Part shown: piece after piece, positions 38,220 through 50,200 of the stretch
Numbering within the stretch: the first letter of the stretch is position 1
How the letters are laid out: each line of letters begins with the position of its first letter
Assembly (NCBI RefSeq): GCF_009834535.1
Contig: NC_045696.1
Coordinates: 60,018,001-60,082,000, forward strand
Reading direction: 5' to 3'
Length of the DNA stretch: 64,000 bases
Origin: Camelus ferus
Lineage: Eukaryota
Position numbers and translations under genes: made by a program
Notes under the pieces: model-generated
What the model saw: only the letters and a program-made list of their open reading frames with translations
Told to the model about the DNA's origin: nothing
The model's database searches: none

Positions 38220-41200
38220 CTGTGGGACCAGGGTTTGGGCTGTTGGTCTCTGATGAAGTGCTGCTGCCCCAAGTCACTGAAGGAACAGTCCCTATGAAAT
38301 TACCTTTCGTGACAGTGGTGCCCGCAGCTACCGTGGTGGGAGGAGGAGGGCTCGATGCCGTGATGCCTGCAGCCGCCGTGGTGCTCTGAGCCCCTGTGGA
38401 GGAAGGAGGAGGGCTCGATGCCGTGGTGCCTTCAGCCGCTGTGGTGCTATGAGTCCATGTGGAGGAAGGAGGAGGGGGGGATGGCGTGGTGCTTGCAGCC
38501 GGCGTGGTGCTTGTAGCCGCCGTGGTGCTGTGAGCACCCGTGGAGGAAGGAGGAAGGCTCGATGCCGGGGTGCCTACAGCCGCCGTGGTGCTCTGAACCA
38601 CTGTGGAGGGAGAAGCAGGGCTCGATGCCGTGTTGCCTGCAGCCGCTGAGGTGCTCTGAGCCCCCGTGGAGGAAGGAGGAGGGCTCGATGCTGTGGTGCC
38701 TACAGCTGCCGTGCTGCTCTGAGCCACTGTGGAGGGAGTAGGAGAGCTCGATGCCGTGGTTGCCTGCAGCCGCCGTGGTGCTCTGAGACCCCGTGGAGGA
38801 AGGAGGAGGGCTCGATGCCATGGTGCCTGCAGCCGCCGTAGTGCTCTGAGCTCCCGTGGAGGAAGGAGGAGGGCTCGATGCCATGGTGCCTGCAGCCGCC
38901 GTAGTGCTCTGAGCCCCCGTGGAGGAAGGAGGAGGGCTCGATGCTGTGGTGCCTACAGCTGCCGTGCTGCTCTGAGCCACTGTGGAGGGAGTAGCAGGGC
39001 TTGTTGCCGTGGTAGCTGCAGCTGCCGTGGTGCTCTGAGCCACCGTGGAGGGAGTAGGAGAGCTTGATGAACTGGTGCCTGCAGCCGCCGAGGTGCTCTG
39101 AGCCCCCGTGGAGGGAGAAGGAGGGCTCGAAGCCGTGGTAGATGCAGCTGCCGTGGTGCTCTCAGCCCCCGTAGAGGAAGGAGGAGGGCTTGATGCAGTG
39201 GTGCTCTGAGTACCCGTGAAGGGTGTAGGTGGGCTCGAAGCCGTGGTGACTGCAGCCGCCGTGGTGTTAGGAGCCCCCGTGGAGGAAGGAGGAGGGCTCG
39301 ATGCTGTGGTGCCTACAGCCGCCGTGCTGCTCTGAGCCCCCGTGGAGGAAGGAGGAGGGCTCGATGCTGTGGTGCCTACAGCCGCCGTGCTGCTCTGAGC
39401 CACTGTGGAGGGAGTAGGAGGGCTCGATGCCGTGGTGCCTGCAGCCGCCGTGGTGCTCTGAGACCCCGTGGAGGAAGGAGGAGGGCTCGATGCCGTGGTG
39501 CCTGCAGCCGCCGTGGTGCTCTGAGCCACTGTGGAGGGAGTAGCAGGGCTTGATGCCGTGGTAGCTGCAGCTGCCGTGGTGCTCTGAGCCACCGTGGAGG
39601 GAGTAGGAGAGCTTGATGCCATGGTGCCTGCAGCCGCCGAGGTGCTCTGAGCCCCCGTGGAGGGAGAAGGAGGGCTCGATGCCGTGGTGGCTGCAGCCGC
39701 CGTGGTGCTCTGAGCCCCGGTAGAGGAAGGAGGAGGGCTTGATGCAGTGGTGCTCTGAGTACCCGTGGAGGGTGTAGGTGGGCTCGAAGCCATGGTGACT
39801 GCAGCTGCCGTGGTGCTAGGAGCCCCCGTGGAGGAATGAGGAAGGCTCGATGCCGTGGTGCCTACAGACGCCATGGTGGTCTGAGCCACCGTGGAGGGAG
39901 TAGCAGGGCTCGATGCCGTGTTACCTGCAGCCGCCGTGGTGCTCTGAGCCCCCGTGGAGGAAGGAGGAGAGCTCGATGCCAAGGTGCCTGCAGCCGCCGT
40001 GGTGCTCTGAGCCCCCGTGGAGGGAGTAGCAGGGCTCGATGCCGTGTTACCTGCAGCTGCTGTGGTGCTCTGAGCTGCTGTGGAGGGAGTAGGTGGGCTC
40101 GATGCCGTGGTGCCTTCAGCCGCCGTGGTGCTATGAGTCTCTGTGGAGGAAGGAGGAGGGCTTGATGGCGTGGTGCTTGCAGCCGCCGTGGTGCTGTGAG
40201 CACCCGTGGAGAAAGGAGGAGGGCTCGATGCCGTGGTGCCTGCAGCCGCCGTGGTGCTGTGAGCCATTGTGGAGGGAGTAACAGGGCTTGATGCCGTGGT
40301 GCCTGCAGCCGCCGTGGTGCTCTGAGCCACTGTGGAGGGAGTAGCAGGGCTTGATGCCGTGGTGCCTGCAGGCGCCGTGGTGCTCTGAGCCCCCGTAGAG
40401 GTAGGAGGAGGGCTTGATGCAGTGGTGCTCTGAGTACCCGTGGAGGGTGTAGGTGGGCTCGAAACCGTGGTGACTGCAGCCGCCGTGGTGCTCTGAGCCC
40501 CCGTGGAGGAAGGAGGAGGGCTTGATGCCATGGTGCCTGCAGCCGCCGTGGTGTTCTGAGCCCCCGTGGAGGAAGGAGGAGGGCTCGATGCCGTGGTGCC
40601 TACAGCCGCCGTGGTGCTCTGAGCCACTGTGGAGGGAGTAGCAGGGCTTGATTCCGTGGTAGCTGCAGCTGCCGTGGTGCTCTGAGCCACCGTGGAGGGA
40701 GTAGGAGAGCTTGATGCCGTGGTGCCTGCAGCCGCCGTGGTGCTCTGAGCCACTGTGGAGGGAGTAGCAGGGCTTGATGCCGTGGTGCCTGCAGGCACCG
40801 TGGTGCTCTGAGCCCCCGTAGAGGTAGGAGGAGGGCTAGATGCAGTGGTGCTCTGAGTACCCGTGGAGGGTGTAGGTGGGCTCGAAGTCGTGGTGACTGC
40901 AGCCGCCGTGGTGCTATGAGTCCCTGTGGAGGAAGGAGGAGGGCTGGATGGCGTGGTGCTTGCAGCCGCCGTGGTGCTGTGAGCACCCGTGGAGGAAGGA
41001 GGAAGGCTCGATGCCGTGGTGCCTTCAGCCGCCGTGGTGCTCTGAGCCACCGTGGAGGGAGTAGCAGGGCTCGATGCCGTGGTGCCTGCAGCCACCGTGG
41101 TGCTCTGAGCCACTGTGGAGGGAGTAGCAGGGCTTGATTCCGTGGTAGCTGCAGCTGCCGTGGTGCTCTGAGCCACCGTGGAGGGAGTAGGAGAGCTTGA

Positions 41201-44200
41201 TGCCGTGGTGCCTGCAGCCGCCGTGGTGCTCTGAGCCACTGTGGAGGGAGTAGCAGGGCTTGATGCCGTGGTGCCTGCAGGCGCCGTGGTGCTCTGAGCC
41301 CCCGTAGAGGAAGGAGGAGGGCTCGATGCCGTGGTGCCTGCAGCCGCCGTGGTGCTCTGAGCCACCATGGAGGGAGTAGCAGGGCTCGATGCCGTGGTGC
41401 CTGCAGCCACCGTGGTGCTCTGAGCCACTGTGGAGGGAGTAGCACGGCTTGATTCCGTGGTAGCTGCAGCTGCCGTGGTGCTCTGAGCCACCGTGGAGGG
41501 AGTAGGAGAGCTTGATGCCGTGGTGCCTGCAGCCGCCGTGGTGCTCTGAGCCACTGTGGAGGGAGTAGCAGGGCTTGATGCCGTGGTGCCTGCAGGCACC
41601 GTGGTGCTCTGAGCCCCCGTAGAGGTAGGAGGAGGGCTAGATGCAGTAGTGCTCTGAGTACCCGTGGAGGGTGTAGGTGGGCTCGAAGTCGTGGTGACTG
41701 CAGCCGCCGTGGTGCTATGAGTCCCTGTGGAGGAAGGAGGAGGGCTGGATGGCGTGGTGCTTGCAGCCGCCGTGGTGCTGTGAGCACCCGTGGAGGAAGG
41801 AGGAAGGCTCGATGCCATGGTGCCTTCAGCCGCCGTGGTGCTCTGAGCCACCGTGGAGGGAGTAGCAGGGCTCGATGCCGTGGTGCCTGCAGCCACCGTG
41901 GTGCTCTGAGCCCCCGTGGAGGAAGGAGGAGGGCTTGATGCCGTGGTGCCTACAGCCGCCGTGGTGCTCTGAGCCACTGTGGAGGGAGTAGGAGTGCTCG
42001 ATGCCGTGGTGCCTGCAGCCGCCGTGGTGCTCTCAGCCCCCGTAGAGGAAGGAGGAGGGCTTGATGCAGTGGTGCTCTGAGTACCCGTGGAGGGTGTAGG
42101 TGGGCTCGAAGCCGTGGTGCCTACAGCCGCCGTGGTGCTCTGAGCCACTGTGGAGGGAGTAGCAGGGCTTGATGCCGTGGTAGCTGCAGCTGCCGTGGTG
42201 CTCTGAGCCACCGTGGAGGGAGTAGAGGAGCTTGATGCCGTGGTGTCTGCAGCCGCCGAGGTGCTCTGAGCCCCCGTGGAGGGAGTAGCAGGGCTCGATG
42301 CCGTGGTGGCTGCAGCCGCCGTGGTGCTCTGAGCCCCCGTGGAGGGAGTAGCAGGGCTCGATGCCGTGGTACCTGCAGCTGTGGTGGTGCTCTGAGCCGC
42401 TGTGGAGGGAGTAGGTGGGCTCGATGCCGTGGTGCCTGCAGCCGACGTGGTGCTCTGAGCCACTGTGGAGGGAGTAGCAGGGCTTGATGCCGTGGTGCCT
42501 GCAGCCGCCGTGGTGCTCTGAGCCACTGTGGAGGGAGTAGCAGGGCTTGATGCCGTGGTGCCTGTAGGCGCCGTGGTGCTCTGAGCCCCCGTAGAGGAAG
42601 GAGGAGGGCTTGATGAAGTGGTGCTCTGAGTACCCGTGTAGGGTGTAGGTGGGCTCGAAACCGTGGTGACTGTAGCCGCCGTGGTGCTCTGAGCACCCGT
42701 GGAGGAAGGAGGAGGGCTCGATGCTGTGGTGCCTGCAGCCGCCGTGGTGTTCTGAGCCCCCGTGGAGGAAGGAGGAGGGCTCGATGCCGTGGTGCCTACA
42801 GCCGCCGTGGTGCTCTGAGCCACTGTGGAGGGAGTAGCAGGGCTTGATTCCGTGGTAGCTGCAGCTGCCGTGGTGCTCTGAGCCACCGTGGAGGGAGTAT
42901 GAGAGCTTGATGCCGTGGTGCCTGCAGCCGCCGAGGTGCTCTGAGCCCCCGTGGAGGGAGAAGGAGGGCTCAATGCCGTGGTGGCTGCAGCCGCCGTGGT
43001 GCTATGAGCCCCCGTAGAGGAAGGAGGAGGGCTTGATGCAGTGGTGCTCTGAGTACCCGTGGAGGGTGTAGGTGGGCTCGAAGCCGTGGTGACTGCAGCC
43101 GCAGTGGTGCTATGAGTTCCTGTGGAGGAAGGAGGAGGGCTGGATGGCGTGGTGCTTGCAGCCGCCGTGGTGCTGTGAGCACCCGGGGAGGAAGGAGGAA
43201 GGCTCAATGCCGTGGTGCCTACAGCCGCCGTGGTGCTCTGAGCCACCGTGGAGGGAGTAGCAGGGCTTGATCCCGTGGTGCCTGCAGCCGCCGTGGTGCT
43301 CTGAGCCCCCGTGGAGGAAGGAGGAGGGCTCGATGCCGTGGTGCCTACAGCCGCCGTGGTGCTCTGAGCCACCGTGGAGGGAGTAGCAGGGCTTGATGCC
43401 GTGGTGCCTGCAGCCGCCGTGGTGCTCTGAGCCCCCGTGGAGGAATGAGGAGGGCTCGATGCCGTGGTGCCTGCAGCCGCCGTGGTGCCCTGAACCCCCG
43501 TGGAGGAAGGAGGAGTGCTCGATGCCGTGGTGCCTGCAGCCGCCGTGGTGCTCTGAGCCCCCGTGGAGGAATGAGGAGGGCTCGATGCCGTGGTGCCTGC
43601 AGCCGCCGTGGTGCTCTGAGCCACTGTGGAGGGAGTAGCATGGCTTGATGCCGTGGTGCCTGCAGCCGCCGTGGTGCTCTGAGCCCCCGTAGAGGAAGGA
43701 GGAGGGCTTGATGCAGTGGTGCTCTGAGTACCCGTGGAGGGTGTAGGTGGGCTCGAAGCCGTGGTGACTGCAGCTGGCGTGGTGCTAGGAGCCCCCGTTG
43801 AGGAATGAGGAAGGCTCGATGCCGTGGTGCCTACAGCCTCCGTGGTGCTCTGAACCACTGTGGAGGGAGTAGCAGAGCTCGATGCCGTGTTGCCTGCAGC
43901 CGCCGTGGTGCTCTGAGCCACTGTGAAGGGAGTAGCAGGGCTTGATGTCATGGTGCCTGCAGCCGCTGTGGTGCTCTGAGCCCCCGTGGAGGAAGGAGAA
44001 GGGCTCGATGCCGTGGTGCCTGTAGCCGCCGTGGTGCTCTGAAAGCCCGTGGAGGAAGGAGGATGGCTCGATGCCGTGGTGCCTGCAGCCGCCGTGGTGC
44101 TCTGAGCCCCCGTGGAGGAAGGAGGAGGGCTCGATGCCGTGGTGCCTGTAGCCGCCGTGGTGCCCTGAACCCCCGTGGAGGAAGGAGGAGGGCTCGATGC

Positions 44201-47200
44201 TGAGGTGCCTACAGCCGCAGTGGTGCTGTGAGCCCCCGTGAAGGGAGTAGCAGGGCTCGATGCCGTGGTACCTGCCGCCGCAGTGGTGCTCTGAGCCACT
44301 GTGGAGGGAGTAGCACGGCTTGATGCCGTTGTAGCTGCAGCTGCCGTGGTGCTCTGAGCCACTGTGGAGGGAGTAGCAGGGCTTGATGCCGTGGTGCCTG
44401 CAGCCGCCGTGGTGCTCTGAGCCCCCGTAGAGGACGGAGGAGGGCTTGATGCAGTGGTGCTCTGAGTACCCGTGGAGGGTGTACGTGGGCTCGAAGCCGT
44501 GGTGACTGCAGCTGGCGTGGTGCTAGGAGCCCCCGTGGAGGAATGAGGAAGGCTCGATGCCGTGGTGCCTACAGCCTCCGTGGTGCTCTGAACCACTGTG
44601 GAGGGAGTAGCAGAGCTCGATGCCGTGTTGCCTGCAGCCGCCGTGGTGCTCTGAGCCACTGTGGAGGGAGTAGGAGAGCTTGATGCCGTGGTGCCTGCAG
44701 CCGCCGAAGTGCTCTGAGCCGCCGTGTTGCTCTCAGCCGCCGTGGAGGGAGTAGGAGAGCTTGATACCATGGTGCCTGCAGCCGCCGTGGTGCTCTGAGC
44801 CACTGTGGAGGGAGTAGCAGGGCTTGATGCCGTGGTGCCTGCAGCCGCCGTGGTGCTCTGAGCCCCCGTAGAGGTAGGAGGAGGGCTAGATGCAGTGGTG
44901 CTCTGAGTACCAGTGGAGGGTGTAGGTGGGCTCGAAACCGTAGTGACTGCAGACGCCGTGGTGCTAGGAGCCCCCATGGAGGAATGAGGAAGGCTCGATG
45001 CCGTGGTGCCTACAGCTGCCGTGGTGCTCTGAACCACTGCGGAGTGAGTAGCAGGGCTCGATGCCGTGTTGCCTGCAGCCACCGTGGTGCTCTGAGCCAC
45101 TGTGGAGGGAGTAGCAGGGCTTGATGCCGAGGTGCCTGCAGCCGCCGTGGTGCTCTGAACCCCCGTGAAGGAAGGAGGAAGGTTCGATGCTGTGGTGCCT
45201 GCAGCCGCTGTGGTGCTCTGAGCCCCCGTGGAGGAAGGAGGAGGGCTCGATGCTGTGGTGCCTACAGCCGCCGTGCTGCTCTGAGCGACTGTGGAGGGAG
45301 TAGGAGTGCTCGTTGCCGCGGTGCCTGCAGCCGCCGTGGTGCTCTGAGCCCCCGTGGAGGAAGGAGGAGGGCTCGATGCCGTGGTGCCTGCAGCCGCCGA
45401 GGTGCTCTGAGCCGCCGTGTTGCTCTGAACCGCCGTGGAGGGAGTAGGAGAGCTTGATGCCGTGGTGCCTGCAGCCGCCGTGGTGCTCTGAGCCACTGTG
45501 TAGGGAGTAGCAGGGCTTGATGCCGTGGTGCCTGCAGCCGCCGTGGTGCTCTGAGCCCCCGTAGAGGTAGGAGGAGGGCTTGATGCAGTGGTGCTCTGAG
45601 TACCCGTGGAGGGTGTAGGTGGGCTCGAAACCGTGGTGACTGCAGCCGCCGTGGTGCTAGGAGCCCCCGTGGAGGAAGGAGGAGAGCTCGATGCCGAGGT
45701 GCCAGCAGCCGCCGTGGTGCTCTGAGCCCCCGTGGAGGGAGTAGCAGGGCTCGATGCCGTGGTACCTGCAGCCGCCGTGGTGCTCTGAGCCCCCGTGGAG
45801 GAATGAGGAGAGCTCGATGCCGAGGTGCCAGCAGCCGCCGAGGTGCTCTGAGCGCCCGTAGAGGATGGAGGAGAGGTTGATGCAGTGGTGCTCTGAGTCC
45901 CCGTTGAGGAAAGAGGAGGGCTCGATACCGTGGTGCCTGCAATCACCGTGGTGCTGTGCACACCCGTGGAGGAAGGAGGAACGCTCGATGCCGTGGTGTC
46001 TGCAGCGGCCGTGGTGCTCTGAGCCACAGTGGAGGGAGTAGCAGGGCTCGATGCCGTGTTGCCTGGAGCCGCCGTGGTGCTCTGAGCTCCCGTGGTGGAA
46101 GGAGGAGGTCTCGATGCCGTGGTGCCTGCAGCCGCCGTGGTGCTCTTTGCCACAGTGGAGGAAGGAGGAGGGCTCGATGCCGTGGTGACTGTAGTCGCCG
46201 TGGTCCTCTGAGCTTCCGTGGAGGAAGGAGGAGGGCTCGATGCCGTGGTGCCTACAGACTTCGTGGTGCTCTGAGCCACTGTGGAGGGAGTAGCAGGGCT
46301 CGATGCAGTGGTAGCTGCAGCTGCGGTGGTGCTCTGATCCGCCGTGGAGGGAGTAGGAGAGCTTGATGCCGTGGTGCCTGTAGCCACCGTGGTGCTGTGA
46401 GCACCCGTGGAGGAAGGAGGAACGCTCGATGCCGTGGTGTTTGCAGCGGCCGTGGTGCTCTGAGCCCCCGTGGAGGAATGAGGAGAGCTCGATGCCGAGG
46501 TGCCTGCAGCTGCCGTGGTGCTCTGAACCACTGCGGAGGGAGTAGCAGGGCTCGATGCCGTGTTGCCTGCAGCCGCCGTGGTGCTGTGAGCCTCCGTGGA
46601 GGGAGTAGCAGGGCTCGATGCCGTGGTGCCTGCAGCCGCCGAGGTGCTCTGAGCGCCCGTAGAGGATGGAGGAGAGGTTGATGCAGTGGTGCTCTGAGTC
46701 CCCGTTGAGGAAAGAGGAGGGCTCGATACCGTGGTGCCTGCAATCACCGTGGTGCTGTGCGCACCCGTGGAGGAAGGAGGAACGCTCGATGCCGTGGTGT
46801 CTGCAGCGGCCGTGGTGCTCTGAGCCACAGTGGAGGGAGTAGCAGGGCTCGATGCCGTGTTGCCTGGAGCCGCCGTGGTGCTCTGAGCTCCCGTGGTGGA
46901 AGGAGGAGGTCTCGATGCCGTGGTGCCTGCAGCCGCCGTGGTGCTCTTTGCCACAGTGGAGGAAGGAGGAGGGCTCGATGCCGTGGTGACTGTAGTCGCC
47001 GTGGTCCTCTGAGCTTCCGTGGAGGAAGGAGGAGGGCTCGATGCCGTGGTGCCTACAGACTTCGTGGTGCTCTGAGCCACTGTGGAGGGAGTAGCAGGGC
47101 TCGATGCAGTGGTAGCTGCAGCTGCGGTGGTGCTCTGATCCGCCGTGGAGGGAGTAGGAGAGCTTGATGCCATGGTGCCTGTAGCCACCGTGGTGCTGTG

Positions 47201-50200
47201 AGCACCCGTGGAGGAAGGAGGTACGCTCGATGCCGTGGTGTTTGCAGCGGCCGTGGTGCTCTGAGCCACCGTGGAGGGAGTAGCAGGGCTCGATGCCGTG
47301 GTACCTGCAGCCGCCGTGGTGCTCTGAGCCCCCGTGGAGAAATGAGGAGAGCTCGATGCCGAGGTGCCTGCAGCTGCCGTGGTGCTCTGAACCACTGCGG
47401 AGGGAGTAGCAGGGCTCGATGCCGTGTTGCCTGCAGCCGCCGTGGTGCTGTGAGCCTCCGTGGAGGGAGTAGCAGGGCTCGATGCCGTGGTGCCTGCAGC
47501 CGCCGAGGTGCTCTGAGCGCCCGTAGAGGATGGAGGAGAGGTTGATGCAGTGGTGCTCTGAGTCCCCGTTGAGGAAAGAGGAGGGCTCGATACCGTGGTG
47601 CCTGCAATCACCGTGGTGCTGTGCGCACCCGTGGAGGAAGGAGGAACGCTCGATGCCGTGGTGTCTGCAGCGGCCGTGGTGCTCTGAGCCACAGTGGAGG
47701 GAGTAGCAGGGCTCGATGCCGTGGTGCCTGGAGCCGCCGTGGTGCTCTGAGCTCCCGTGGTGGAAGGAGGAGGGCTCGATGCCGTGGTGCCTGCAGCCGC
47801 CGTGGTGCTCTTTGCCACAGTGGAGGAAGGAGGAGGGCTCGATGCCGTGGTGACTGTAGTCGCCGTGGTCCTCTGAGCTTCCGTGGAGGAAGGAGGAGGG
47901 CTCGATGCCGTGGTGCCTACAGACTTCGTGGTGCTCTGAGCCACTGTGGAGGGAGTAGCAGGGCTCGATGCAGTGGTAGCTGCAGCTGCGGTGGTGCTCT
48001 GATCCGCCGTGGAGGGAGTAGGAGAGCTTAATGCCGTGGTGCCTGCAGCCACTGTGGTGCTCTTAGCCCCCGTAGAGGATGGAGAAGGGGTTGATGTAGT
48101 GGTGCTCTGAGTACCCGTGGAGGGAGTAGCAGGGCTCGATGCCGTGGTGCCTGCAGCCGCCGTGGTGCTCTGAGCCCCCGTAGAGGAAGGAGGAGGGCTC
48201 GATGCCGTGGTGCCTGCAGCCGCCGAGGTGCTCTGAGCGCCCGTAGAGGATGGAGGAGAGGTTGATGCAGTGGTGCTCTGAGTCCCCGTTGAGGAAAGAG
48301 GAGGGCTCGATACCGTGGTGCCTGCAATCACCGTGGTGCTGTGCGCACCCGTGGAGGAAGGAGGAACGCTCGATGCCGTGGTGTCTGCAGCGGCCGTGGT
48401 GCTCTGAGCCACAGTGGAGGGAGTAGCAGGGCTCGATGCCGTGTTGCCTGGAGCCGCCGTGGTGCTCTGAGCTCCCGTGGTGGAAGGAGGAGGTCTCGAT
48501 GCCGTGGTGCCTGCAGCCGCCGTGGTGCTCTTTGCCACAGTGGAGGAAGGAGGAGGGCTCGATGCCGTGGTGACTGTAGTCGCCGTGGTCCTCTGAGCTT
48601 CCGTGGAGGAAGGAGGAGGGCTCGATGCCGTGGTGCCTACAGACTTCGTGGTGCTCTGAGCCACTGTGGAGGGAGTAGCAGGGCTCGATGCAGTGGTAGC
48701 TGCAGCTGCGGTGGTGCTCTGATCCGCCGTGGAGGGAGTAGGAGAGCTTGATGCCATGGTGCCTGCAGCCACTGTGGTGCTCTTAGCCCCCGTAGAGGAT
48801 GGAGAAGGGGTTGATGTAGTGGTGCTCTGAGTACCCGTGGAGGGAGTAGCAGGGCTCGATGCCGTGGTGCCTGCAGCCGCCGTGGTGCTCTGAGCCCCCG
48901 TAGAGGAAGGAGGAGGGCTCGATGCCGTGGTGCCTGTAGCCACCGTGGTGCTGTGAGCACCCGTGGAGGAAGGAGGAACGCTCGATGCCGTGGTGTTTGC
49001 AGCGGCCGTGGTGCTCTGAGCCACCGTGGAGGGAGTAGCAGGGCTCGATGCCGTGGTACCTGCAGCCGCCGTGGTGCTCTGAGCCCCCGTGGAGGAATGA
49101 GGAGAGCTCGATGCCGAGGTGCCTGCAGCTGCCGTGGTGCTCTGAACCACTGCGGAGGGAGTAGCAGGGCTCGATGCCGTGTTGCCTGCAGCCGCCGTGG
49201 TGCTGTGAGCCTCCGTGGAGGGAGTAGCAGGGCTCGATGCCGTGGTGCCTGCAGCCGCCGAGGTGCTCTGAGCGCCCGTAGAGGATGGAGGAGAGGTTGA
49301 TGCAGTGGTGCTCTGAGTCCCCGTTGAGGAAAGAGGAGGGCTCGATACCGTGGTGCCTGCAATCACCGTGGTGCTGTGCGCACCCGTGGAGGAAGGAGGA
49401 ACGCTCGATGCCGTGGTGTCTGCAGCGGCCGTGGTGCTCTGAGCCACAGTGGAGGGAGTAGCAGGGCTCGATGCCGTGTTGCCTGGAGCCGCCGTGGTGC
49501 TCTGAGCTCCCGTGGTGGAAGGAGGAGGTCTCGATGCCGTGGTGCCTGCAGCCGCCGTGGTGCTCTTTGCCACAGTGGAGGAAGGAGGAGGGCTCGATGC
49601 CGTGGTGACTGTAGTCGCCGTGGTCCTCTGAGCTTCCGTGGAGGAAGGAGGAGGGCTCGATGCCGTGGTGCCTACAGACTTCGTGGTGCTCTGAGCCACT
49701 GTGGAGGGAGTAGCAGGGCTCGATGCAGTGGTAGCTGCAGCTGCGGTGGTGCTCTGATCCGCCGTGGAGGGAGTAGGAGAGCTTGATGCCATGGTGCCTG
49801 CAGCCACTGTGGTGCTCTTAGCCCCCGTAGAGGATGGAGAAGGGGTTGATGTAGTGGTGCTCTGAGTACCCGTGGAGGGAGTAGCAGGGCTCGATGCCGT
49901 GGTGCCTGCAGCCGCCGTGGTGCTCTGAGCCCCCGTAGAGGAAGGAGGAGGGCTCGATGCCGTGGTGCCTGTAGCCACCGTGGTGCTGTGAGCACCCGTG
50001 GAGGAAGGAGGAACGCTCGATGCCGTGGTGTTTGCAGCGGCCGTGGTGCTCTGAGCCACCGTGGAGGGAGTAGCAGGGCTCGATGCCGTGGTACCTGCAG
50101 CCGCCATGGTGCTCTGAGCCCCCGTGGCGGAATGAGGAGAGCTCGATGCCGAGGTGCCTGCAGCTGCCGTGGTGCTCTGAACCACTGCGGAGGGAGTAGC

